Part shown: piece by piece, positions 1 to 11,534 of the stretch
Position numbering within the stretch: position 1 is the stretch's first letter
Layout of the letters: each line of letters begins with the position of its first letter
Source: Marsupella aquatica
Taxonomy: Eukaryota; Plantae; Marchantiophyta
Assembly: GCA_973895155.1 (NCBI GenBank)
Contig: OZ316897.1
Location: 5,903,327-5,967,326, forward strand
Direction of reading: 5' to 3'
DNA: 64,000 bases
Notes under the pieces: generated by a model
The model's database searches: none
The model's input: only the letters and a program-made list of their open reading frames with translations
Told to the model about the DNA's origin: nothing
Position numbers and translations under genes: made by a program

Positions 1-1422
1 ATGGACAACGGGTTCGTGATGAGGACCTGCCTCATCCCCAAAATAGCCAAGCGGCTGGAGTTCCAGAGGTACGCCCTCCACATGATGGAACCCCGGGGTG
101 AGATCTCCGCTGCCCAGGTTATCCAGGTCGAGAACTATCGACCTAGGAAGTGGGCGTCGTACTTTGCTAAGAAGTTCCATGAAGAGATGGAGCGGTGAAG
201 GAAGGCGCTATACATCGGCGGGAAGACATATTTCATGAGCCACATCGAGATCATTCTTGAGTGGTACACCCGGTTTGATCGACGAACCTTTCCTTGGGTC
301 AACGTAACTAAGTTGGTCCCAGCTAGGTGGGTCTTCTTGGCCCTGGACAGACGGCCTCAACCCAAGGCCCAAAGTCTGGCGGCCACGCAAGCCTCACCCA
401 CCCCACCTCCACAAGTAGCCGTAGCTGTAGCCGTGGCCAAAGTGGTACTAGACGAGGCAGTAATCGCGACCTTAGACACAATCAACCAGGCTGGGCCGAG
501 AGCAGAAGTCAAAGCGGTAGAAGACTTGGCTGGGCCCAAGGGTCCAGAAGACCCACTGGTGGCTATTCCGGAGGACAGGACGATGATGGAGGAAGACACT
601 CCAGCCCCTTCCAACCCTACATCCCCGGGGCTGAATGTCACTACCCCGGCCCCCGCACGAGTTAACGTCTGCCCGTGCCCAAATCCGGACAGGCACAAAC
701 TGGACCACCCAAAACTCTTCGTACCGGGTACATTTATGAACAGGCTTTTGGGAGATTTCTCCCAACAGATTGCCCGGGATACCGGGGAGTTCATGGCTCG
801 GAAGGTAGCCTACTTCTTCAATCAGGAGTTGGTTACCGCAATAAAGGCAGGTTGGGCCGAGTCGGAGGCCTCTCAGAGGATAGAGCGGTACCGGGTTGAG
901 TCCGTGTACCTAAAGGATGAAGTTGCGGCTCAAGAGGCTGAGCTTTTGCAACTACAACCCAAGGTTGCAGCCGTCGATGAGTTGTTAGCAAATGCGCACG
1001 CCCTTATTGCCCTAGCCGAACAGACCAAAGCTGGGAAGGAGGCCAAGATTGCACGGCTCCGGACCCAGGTTGACAGTTTGAAGAACCAAACTGTCATCTG
1101 GCAGAAAGACCTGGAGGAGGCCGAAGAGCGGGCCCAACATGACACTGCGGAGATAGCCACCCTGCAGGCCGAGGTAGCGCGGCTTCAAACCAAAGCCGAG
1201 AAGTAGAGCCAGATGGTGGACAAGCTGACGAGCAACGCCCAGCAGCTAGAAGAGGCATGCCAGGAGGCAGTTGAGGAGACGGACGTGGTGAAGCGAGAGA
1301 ACGAATCTCTGCTAGACCAAGTCCAACTCCTCAAGACGGACAACGACAGACTTCATAGGCAACGGGATGGTCGCTCCCACTCGGACGGCTCTGGCATTAG
1401 CGGAGGGTTAGGCTTAGAATAG
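1..1422 (+). pseudogene. Degenerate retroelement accessory ORF, copy A (PMD-like domain end, Pro-rich linker, coiled coil); 5' end outside window
   Basis: ORFs 1-198, 235-1206 and 1213-1422 share one frame, broken only by TGA (196-198) and TAG (1204-1206). NGFVMRTCLIPKIAKRLEFQRYALHMMEPRGEISAAQV aligns with NGFFRNTCTNPHIGEMIDFLRVTMHCNLPRAEIGKAQV of ORF 43578-44231. Confidence 0.65.
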
Positions 1423-2282
1423 AACTAGGAGTAGCTAAAACATGCTGTTAGGACAAGCGCCGGCCAGAAGATAGCGGCGCTGACACATTAGCTAGCCTGT
1501 GTAGAATAGGTTAGACTAATAGGACAAGCCATAATCAGCTTAGCAAGGATATAAGTTAGCGTAGATTTGGGCACGAGGCCAGGCTGGTCCTCAGCCCTTA
1601 GTATTTAGCAGCCCCCCGATAGAGGCAAGGGGGGGGGATTTTAGACTCAGAAGTTGGCCATTCGCGGTACGTGTGGGGAGTCCCGGACTCGGTGAAGTAC
1701 CGGAGTGCCAAGGGGAGGGTATATGACTAAGCTTGTTGGGCAAGTGCGGAGCCGAGCTTGGTTGTAGTGTATACTCCTCGGCCTTGGGCCCGTTCTTTCA
1801 CGAGGTGTCGGGTCAACCAATCGTAAGTGTATGATCATAAATGAATGAAATCCTTTTCCCTCAATTGCTTCGTGTAAATCGAGATTTATGTTTATGTGTA
1901 AATGCATGTATGAGTCTCGTGTGCAAGTATCAATGTCAGGCCGAACACGTTATGCCAAGCATGCACGGGGTGCAGGTTACGGATACGGGGTTGCGAGCCG
2001 GGGTTGAGCACTTGTACTAATGGATCCGGATCAAAGGCGGTAACATGAAGGCTTAGAAGTCCGTAAGCCGGGGTCGACCCTGTGTCAACTAAGGTACGTT
2101 CCGGCGGCGGAACACAAACTATACCTAGGAGGTGTCTGTACATAACAGTAAGCGCACTTAGCGCTAGTTTACGTGAGTTAGGAGCATTCTGTGCATCCCT
2201 CCCTGCCCGAACCCTCATATTTACGAAGGATGTGCCTATTCAAGCCAAAGCCTGGGTTAAGGCCTAGGCTAACGATGTGACA
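1423..2282. mobile_element. Non-coding, LTR-like terminal region of element A ending in TGTGACA
   Basis: Ends ...TGTGACA at 2282. Its reverse complement matches the region starting TGTCACA at 33646 (TAGGTAT..TTTG motif about 150 bp from the end, GGCTT..GGACTTC.AAGC, C-run/G-run hairpin next to CTAAATACTA). Confidence 0.5.
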
Positions 2283-2349
2283 TTTGCCTACCGGGCATGA
2301 ATCCTGTTTGCTGGATGTTCACCATCTTGGGCAGGATTGTGCGCAGACA

Positions 2350-4990
2350 AATTGCTACCAATTAGCTATAATCTTATAAGCTATGTTTAGAAGAGTGATT
2401 GGACGCCAGTTTGATAATCCTGATTTGTCCAGCGCTTTAGGGACCAACTTAATGACTCCATCTAAGAACCCTGGTAATATTACACCGTCTAACCAGAAAT
2501 ATATTATCATTTGAAGGAATAATGGAGAAATAAAGTCCCAGCAAGCCATGAAGACCTCAATAGTTAGTCCATCAATACCCGAAGCTTTATTACGTTTGAT
2601 CTATTTTGCTGTTGAGAAGAGCTCATCCATGGTTGGGACCGAATCCAATTGAAGAGCTTCTGCTTGAGATATTTGAGAGGACAAAAAACAAAGAATATGT
2701 TTCCTTGCCTCTATGTGAAGCTCTGATTTGGGAGCATCCGGAGAATATAGAGATCGGTAAAAGTTACCTACCTCGACTAGAATCAGGTTGTTGTTGTATG
2801 TGAGGTTATCAGCAGTGATTCTGAGGTGTGGGATATGGAGGCTCGTTGTTGTTGGATCTTGACGATGTTGAAGAAAAATTTAGATGGCGCGTCACTTAGT
2901 CCTAGCCAATGGATCTGAGACCTCTTGCGTAGGTCAATTGCATCAAGGAATTCCAGATTGTGAAGAGTTGTTTCTACCTTGCGCAACTCTGATAGAGAGT
3001 TCCCGTGGTCTAAAGGATTTTCATGCAAACAAAGAGCGAGCACTATTTTTGTAAGCTCATCAGTGTTGAGCTCCTGGTCAGATCTTCTTGTTTGTATTTC
3101 CTTATATTTCCTGCGAAGTGCCTTGCATGCCAAAAGGAAAGTCAGTTTAGGGACAGTATCGCTTGCAGTGATAGACAACCATGCTTGTTGTAGAAGATCT
3201 ATGTTACCCCTATTCCTAATAACTTGAGAGTCAATCTGATTATTTGTGTCTGATTATTGTTTGGTAGGTTTATATTATAGGAAATGGAAATTGGGCAATG
3301 ATCGGACATAGGACGATCTTGGTGATGGTGCAGGGAAATGATATTTCCGATCTAGTATCCTTGGTTGCTAGCGTAAAATCTGTCGAGATGTGACTGGAGG
3401 ATGCCATTGAGAGTATCTCGTCACCAAGAAAAATGAGAGCCTGAGAAAGAGCTGACTAGATCAATAAAATCAGCTAAATCAAATCGACTCTTGAGAGCTT
3501 CCCATGCATCAAATTCTGAACCAAAGAGTAAGGAAGAATGATCGGCAACTGAATCTATCAAAATCTTTGTCATATTGAAGTCCCCTGAGAGAATCTAGTT
3601 TCCACCTGGTAAAGAGACCAGCAATTCCTCCCATAGCCTTACTCGATCTGAAGTGTTATTAGATGCATATAATCCAACAAGACCAAAGTTCCCACAATCA
3701 CACTCAATACGGGCCCAAATAGCGCTACTACTAGATGACCGGCCGTGGTCCTTAATTGCGAACTCTAGATGGATGAGCATATATAGCTGCACCTCCTCTC
3801 CCATCTACCGGAGGCGCGATTAGCATTTTAAATCCTGGGAGAATGAAAGAGAGGGCGGATAATAAGCGAAAGCCAAAAGCCTTTATTTCAAGGAGGGTGT
3901 TTGAGTATGTGAATGGAATGGTGCCTATCATGTAGCCACTTACAAACTATATACTTCCAATTTGGGTCACAGAGACCTGAGATGTTCCAGACAACAATGT
4001 TAATACTATTATCCATTCCTAGGTAGCATTGAAGTATGGACCCAAACGTCTATGATCAATCTAGGTCCTAGTTCCTTGAGGAAGATCTAGATAATGTCTC
4101 ATATTTGGAGCTGGATGAGTTGTTGTTGTCCCTCCGGATTCTTCTTCCATGGTCGTTGATTTGTCCTGGATGTGTAGCCCCCTAGCTGTGTGTCTCCCAA
4201 TATCTGGTTATACAGCAGGGTTGTAAATGCCTTACCAGGAAGCTTGTGAGCCGGTGTGGAAAAGAGCAAGCACACCTTCTGCTTTTTCTTGATGGTGTGA
4301 TTGTCTGATGCCTGTGATTAGTGATAAACCCTCCGGCCTGCAGAAGTCAAAAAAACTTTACTCGTAGATATAGTGTTGTTGCTCTGTGTTGAATAGGCTA
4401 ATACCCTGGTCTCAACGTGTTCTGCTAGCGAGGGAGAGGGGAATATCGTTCTTGTCGCTTCATGGTCTCCCTGTGGATAAATTGTTCCTAGAGAGTGGGA
4501 CTGGGCAAGGAGACTTGGATAGTTGTATCCTGGAAGGAAACAAGGAGGAGTCAGCACGTCTCCGGTAGACTCAAGAGAGACGGACCCAAAAGAGGTGGGA
4601 CCCCTTACGAGGTTAGATATATGCAAAGTATCTGGCCTAGGCATCCATCGTGATCCGGCCGGATGGGTGACCCCAACCCCTGAAAAGGCTGATGGTTGCG
4701 CCGGGCCAGGAGTGTGAATATGGCTATTGATGAATACATCATATGGTATCTTGATTGTTGTAGTGGCTAGAGTTATCATCGGAGTTGGGAGTAGTCCTGC
4801 ACAAGGAATAGTTTCAACCTGGAGAGCATTGTCAAGATCGACCGACTTCCTAGTGGAGACTTCACCTCTATTTACGCCATCTATGGGTGGCTCATTGAGC
4901 ATGTCCTGCATGTGAGTGTAGGCGTCGTTGTCCGGGTGACCGTGTTTTTTGGTAAGAGCATATTGACTCTTATGAAGTTAACCTTGCATG
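2350..4990 (-). mobile_element. Decayed L1-type LINE (ORF1 remnant, APE endonuclease, start of RT), 3'-truncated
   Basis: ORF2 starts MDNSINIVVWNISGL (ATG at 4016); GLVGLYASNNTSDRVRLWEEL; WLGLSDAPSKFFF; KASGIDGLTIEVF..WDFI and NWRPITLLNIAYKIIA. Many stops and frameshifts; boundaries approximate. Confidence 0.85.
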
Positions 4991-4999
4991 CCCATAAGT

Positions 5000-5432
5000 T
5001 CTACACTAAAACCAAAATGATAATTCTAGTAACAAGGGTAGTGGGTATTAAGAAAGGTTCAGGTGAAACTAATATACTGTTAAACTCTACTTCACCATAC
5101 TTGTGGACTAACACATCACAAAAATTAGTTTTCCTACGACGTATGATCCTAATATCTCCAAGAGAAAATGAAATAGAAATATCATCTAGACTCCTATTCA
5201 GATCCATGATTTTAATTAACGATAAAGATAATACATTCTCACTCATCTCGGTACAACACTACTGGGTATACTATTGGCTCGTTAATGATATGTAACCTAT
5301 TCCTAGATAATGGAATGTGTGAGAGTGTGTGGTGGTTGAAGACATCTTGGCTATGGTGAATTGCATTCTCTCCTAAACAAAATAAACAAATTTTCATATA
5401 TTAAGAGAAAATCATGACACATCACCCCTACC
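5000..5432 (-). repeat. Polypurine tract and probable start of the 3' LTR of the Gypsy element at 5433-10284
   Basis: Minus strand reads GGTAGGGGTGATG then TGTCATG (TG at 5419), directly after the integrase C-terminus. The far end is not defined. Confidence 0.45.
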
Positions 5433-8400
5433 AAACCTGTGCATCCTCCGGTATGCACCATACCTAGAATCACTACATGTCTTCTTCATCTAAAGCCTCA
5501 TAGTCGTCTGGTTCAAACTCTTCCTCTATCACAAATTGAGTTCATTGTTTAAACAATTTCACTCGCTTTCTTACATAGGGATTGTGATTAATTGCTCCAT
5601 CAAGTTCTCTTACCACATATGTTGCATAAGGATGAACCTCCTCCATCACAAATGGTCATTCCAACGACATGCAAACTTCTTCAGAGTAGAATGTTATTGT
5701 TCCAACCCTCCCTCATAGATCAAGACCCAGTCTCCATTCTGGATTGGAGTTGGTCTCAAACGATGGGTCTTGTCAAACCGTTCCTTATTCTTCTCACAAG
5801 CCTCCTTTAGCCTTAGTAACGCCTACTCAATCTTCTCCTTGGTCAAAGTGCTCAATCCTTCGCTCCAACAACTTTTCTCGAAAGATTCTATCTTGCCATT
5901 CAATCATCCTCTAACTCTGAATATTTTCCTCAATCGGCATCAAAGACAAATGTCCAAAGACTAATTTGGCAAACGTAATTCTTATTGTGGTAGTGCATGT
6001 CATTCGATCTGCCAAAAGAGCAAACGGTAGAAGATTGGGCCAAAACGATGGTTTTCCTTGGCAAGATTTCACCAAGGCATTCACAATTGGTGGGTGCCCT
6101 CGCTCAATCTTTCCATTTTCTTTTGGGTTGTAGGCAGTAGTAAATTTGAGCTTGATGTTGAATCGGTTGAAAATTTTTGCAGCCTCTTCAGAATTCAGCT
6201 CTCCTCTATCTGCTCTCATTTGGACAAAACAACCATGACGTGCTATAACGTCTTCAAGTATGAACTTGCATACTACTTCTGTAGTGTTAGAGGTCAAAGT
6301 CCTTCCTTCAACATAGGAAGAGAAATCTTTTCTTGCAAGGACAAGGTACTTTGCCCCCTAATTCCCCATGGCATGTGCACCACATCTACTGCCCACTGAA
6401 AATGTAAAGAAAGAGGACTAGTGGGATTAAGTTCATCTCTAAACCAAACTTTAGAGTAATATTGACAACTCTCACAAGATCCAACATAGGATTTTACATC
6501 CACATACATGCCTGACCACCAGTACCACCTTTGAACCCGCTCATAGGTAACTCTAACTCCTCCATGTCCTGCTTCAACAGCATCATGAGAATCCCATAAG
6601 ACTCTCTTCTTCTCTTCATCTGTATCAAGAACTCTACAAGTAACATATCCTTTCTTCAAAGACCTTCTTCATAAAACACTATCCTTTAGCATGAACTTGT
6701 AAGCCTTCTTCCGTAATTGTTGAAACTTCTCTTCTATCATTTTAACAGGCCTTTGAAGAGTACTAAGGTACCTTCCAATCAAGAGCAACTCTCCAGAATA
6801 GAGTTCCTCTTGAAATGTTAAGACCTCAAATTCTTCATTCATCACTTGAATCGCCTCCACTTCATTCTGATCATAGCGGGCTCTTGAAAGCATATCTGCT
6901 ATTGGATTATCTTTTCCAGCAATATGTCAAAGCTCGGGGTTGATCATCCTAATAAAAGCTATCCAACGTAGCATAGCAATGTCTGGAGTGTCACAGTTAG
7001 AAATCATCCCTAAAAGTGGTAAACAATCAATCTCAAGAATGACTTGTGCTCCAATCAAGTAGACTTTTTCTTGACACAAGGCTATCCTTCCTGCCCACAA
7101 CTCTCGCTTGATTTGAGGGTAGTGTCTTTGTTTTGTTGAAAAGATCTTAGCTCCAAACCTTATTGCAAATCTTCGCCCCTCCTCATCATCTTGCCCTACC
7201 GCCCATCCAGCAACATCAGGACTTGAATCTACAATAACAATTATGGGTCTTCCATCATAGCATAAGGGACGTAAAATAAGGGGGCTAAGTAAGGTCTTCT
7301 TTAACCTTGGTATAGCCTTCTTATGTGCCTCTGTCCAAACAAAGTGCACATTCTTTCTCAATAATCCATACAAAGGATCAACAATATGTGCAAAGTGAGG
7401 AATCCAAATCCTATAGAACAAGCAAGCGTCAAGGAACCTTTGCACCTCCAAAGTTGTCCTGCAATCTTTCATCTGATTGATTGCATCTACCTTTCCTCCG
7501 TTTGGCTTCATCCCATCAACTCCACAAATTTGTCCTACAATTAGGACTTCACAAAGCCCAAATGAAGATTTCTCACCAGAAAGAGTGAGCCCAACCTCAA
7601 TCAACCTCTTCAAGATTGCTTTCACATCTTGAATGTGCTCCCATACAAACTGTCGTAAGTCATTTTCACGTATAGTCTCATCTTTCTTTGTCTCCAAACA
7701 TCCCTTGATTGACATATCATCAAGGAATGGTTGTAACTTCTCTGGAATGAAATGGTGTAATATGTTATTCATGACATTCTGCATGTGAGCCACCAAGTTG
7801 GTTGCCCCTTGAGGCAAAGTACACATGCGAAGTAGCCCCAAATGTGTCCTCATTGTGGTGATATCTCTACTACTCTGAGCCAACTGAAACTGATCATAGC
7901 CTGAATAGAGGTCACCACATGAATAGATGACTCTTCCAGCAAATTCTTCTGCAAACTCATCTGCTATAGGTCCTATTCCAGTATTGCAAATAGTAACTTT
8001 GTTAGGTGGTTGCATGTCTTGAATAAATCTAAGTTTACCATTTTTCTTACGAATGGTAAACCAACGATTAGAATAAGATGCATCTGCTCTTTCCAAAATC
8101 CTAGTGGAAAACTTCTCCTTCAATAGATCAATAAGTTTAGGTAACAAAACCTTGGGCACTGGAATAGGTTTCAAGTCCCAAGGAACATGTGGGATAGTGA
8201 AAATTACCATAGGAGTAACAACACTAGGATCCACACATCCCATCTCTTCAAGATAAAAAGCAAAAGCCTTACCATGCTCACCAATTATTGCCGAAACTCT
8301 TATCTCTCTTATTTTTTTAGCAACCCATCATCACCAATCCTTAGTTGATTACGGGTCTCCTTCATGAATTTATGGCAAATCTTAGTCCGATCTCTAAGAC

Positions 8401-10284
8401 TGGTCTGACTTGCCTTCTCCAAAATTTCCCTAGCATCCAAAGGTAAAGGGATTGCTATTGGTCTCACTTTCTTCTCCACTATTTTGTACTTGGTGTTGAC
8501 CTCAACAAATTGAGACAACTTGCCATACAGCTCATGATGGATTTCCATATGAGCTTTCCCCTCTGAAAGACCTTCAATTATTTCTTTTAAAGACACTTCT
8601 ACTCCTTCTGCATCTAGAATGCCTTCAATCTCTTCACTTTCCTCTAGCAATCCATGTATTTGCATAGTATCCTCAATCCTTGCAAATTTTTTTTTGAATT
8701 TTTTAGTAGCTTCACACACTTTCACATGAGAAATTTGGCAATGTAAGCTTTCACCTTCAAATGAGCTTGCCAACAAACTATTCACATTCCAAGTCACCAG
8801 TGGGTCATTGGCGATGGTGCCCCGCCTTCCTGCATTGCTTAACGAGACGCCTTTCGGAAATCCTCATTTCCCTCCTTGGGTTTCGGTCCTCTCAACTCTT
8901 TCCGATTCCTCCAATGTCCAGGTTTCACAACAGGAAACTGCATAACCCGCAATTCATCTCAACTCCTCACCTTTGCCATATGAGTGCCATATGGTAGGAC
9001 CTTGTACTCCATTTGGGCTTGAGTAATGTAAGGCTGCCCTAGAATGAGATCATAGGGCAAACTATCATGCACAAAGATGTTAGTTGGTTCTATCACATGG
9101 CCAATCTTCACTGATACTTCAGGGCATTTCCCCAAAGCGTATTCTTTCAACGATTGATTGAGTTGACAGACCATTGAGTATCACAATCAATCATCCATTG
9201 CCCAAGATCATAGATGCTTCTTGACATCAAATTCACCTCAGATCCTGTGTCAATCAATGCTCGAGCTTTGCCCTCCATTCCTACAAGCTCTACCTCCACA
9301 ACTGAGCAAGTTCTTGCCCAAAATGGCTCCAAGATGGACTCCTTGTTGTCTCCTGAATCAGGATTCTTCATAGCCGAAGCACACATGACCCACACACTTT
9401 GTGAGGCCTTGAGCACCTCTTCACGACTAATTTTTGTCATATCTTGGGTCACTGCAAATCCTGTTGTTGCTTTTGCCAGTGGTTTCCACCTCTCCAATAC
9501 CTCAACTCCTGACATCTTTGGTTTAGGACCTTCCTTTGTTGAAGACCCTAGCATCTATGGTCTAGGGATCTTCTCTGCATTCACTTGATACACTTCACAC
9601 TCCACACTAGCTTGAAAAACAATTGAACCTTCTCCATCTTCATCAACATAAAAAAAACCTCCATTCCCGAGGCATGAGGTCCTTCCTTGTGAAATCGTTC
9701 TTGTTTCACCTTTGCAAGTAATGCATCTTGAGCCTTGGAAATCATGCAAGCAAAAAACTCTTCATTGGTGACTTCGCTCACCTCGGCTTTCCAAAACTTC
9801 TCAGCAACGGGATTATACGCAATGTGTTGCTCAACATCTCTTCCAAGGACCCAACCAGGTCCTTTCTTTTCCACCTTCTCTTTTTAATCACTTCCATCTC
9901 CTTTGAGGATGAAGGAGTCAAAGTAGGTCCTTTGTTGTACTTCCTCTATCTTCAAATCGAACACTCCTCCTTGTTGGGACTCCTGATGATGGCCGCAAAA
10001 TAGAGGGTCCAAGCTCAACCTTCTATTTTCCTTTGGCACGTTCTTCCAAAGGTTCTGACAACTTTCGTTTCTCCTCCACCATAGAATCCCATCGAGATCC
10101 CACTTCTGCAGTGAAAGAAGAGATCAACACTGGATCACTCCAACCTAACTTCCTTCTTACAAACTCTGCTAGTCTCTTCTTGTCTGTCTTTGTTGATGAA
10201 GAACTCCCAAAGAGGGTGTAAACATTTGTTTCATGCTCATCCTCATCTCCAAAAGTTGTTGCAATGGCTGAAGTACGATGTTCA
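5433..10284 (-). mobile_element. Decayed Ty3/Gypsy gag-pol (PR-RT-RNaseH-INT), no chromodomain seen
   Basis: Protease ALIDTGSEVNLM (9147-9554); RT YSNRWFTIRKKNGKLRFIQD, DLYSGYDQF, LPQGATN, FLDD (6927-8243); RNaseH VDSSP..ELWA; integrase zinc finger HD..GHGG..CESCQ and core QWAVDVVHMP, DRGE, AYNPKENGKIERGH. Gypsy domain order; many disruptions. Confidence 0.92.
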
Positions 10285-10441
10285 TGTTAGAACCCATTGG
10301 TTAAGTCTACTCTAGGATAAGTTTTAACACCAAACCTTAGGTAGTTACTATTAGAGTAACCACCTCAATGTATAAAGACCACACACATGAATGAGAAGAC
10401 AAATATTATTCTGGTGGTGTTTCAACACGTTATCAGCACGA
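10285..10441 (+). mobile_element. Short (143 bp) LTR plus Bianca-type PBS; remainder of the element lost
   Basis: TGTTAGAA (10285) to TTCAACA (10427) with an internal TATAAA, followed directly by CGTTATCAGCACGA (10428-10441), the PBS I recognise from Bianca-lineage Copia elements. Confidence 0.65.
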
Positions 10442-10935
10442 TAACGCTCTACAATTTTTTGCCAAGGAAATCCATGTAGAACTGGATGAGAGTGGCTCGG
10501 CTACAGACCAAGGAAATTTTTTTCTGACATAGAAATCATTGGACGCGAGGGAGATTTCTCCTCTCCCTTTTAGACAATACAAATTGGCACAAAAGATGGG
10601 ATCACAAATTTGAAGAGGATGAGATTGCTGTTCCCCCCCCCCACGTTGAATGACACCACGACATCAGACTGCCTACTACCTTCTCATAAGGAATCTTAGT
10701 CATCAGACCTTTCTCCACAACATTCGTAGGAGAGAAAGCCGATCATAACTTGAAATGTGAAGCTAAAGGAATACTCACTGGCTTACAATCCTCCATGTTG
10801 AATCACGCAAGTACCTTCCTTGCATACTTGCCTTGATTCAAGCACAACTATCCAGTATCAGAGTTCCTAAAAATCTTCATCCCTAAGATCCTCTTGGCCT
10901 TACCAAGATCCTTCATCCTAAATTCAGAACTCAAT

Positions 10936-11534
10936 GCTGGACTCTACTGTGGGTAGGGGGAGCATGCAGACGGTGAAGGCCTTTGTAATGTACCAAGTTT
11001 TATGGACTATTTGGCTTGGTAGGAATGAGAAAATTTTTGATCAGAGAGATAGACGTTGTTTTGACCTCACACTTGTTCTCTCTGAGGTTGTGGACTCGCT
11101 GCATGCAGCTTGTAGGGTCACTCGGCCTGGTCGAAAACTCTCTAGGCTGCTTAGTGCCAAGGGTACTATAGAGATTCTTAGGATCAGGTGGATTCCTCGG
11201 ATTGGCAACAGATTTTTTTCGCTTACCGATCTGTAGGAGTTGTGGCGGCAGTCACTTTTGCGTTCCCTCTGTTACTGCTAGGGGAGATGTTATGGACTGC
11301 CAGTGTGCTGGGGTATGTCTGCCCTGGTGGCGGTCGTGTCGATGGGCTTTGCCCTTGTAGTGTCATTGATTTGGACTGGGGGCTCATTTGTGGGTGGTGA
11401 CTTCTCACTTTCCTGCTTGGGTTCTTTGGCCCTTTGTTGTAATTGCCTTTTTCGGGCTTTTTATGTATTTCGATGGCCTTTTGGGTCCCCCCCTCCGTAG
11501 GGTTCACGCGAAAAAAAAGAAAAAAAGAAAAGAG
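10936..11534 (+). mobile_element. 5'-truncated LINE 3' end inserted in the Copia-1 RT, with a 15-bp TSD
   Basis: Flanked by AATTCAGAACTCAAT at 10921-10935 and 11535-11549; A-rich tail ~11511-11534; ORF2 C-terminal motif LWTIWLGRNEKIF. Removing it restores the Copia RT (AKLSSEFRMKDLG). Confidence 0.92.
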
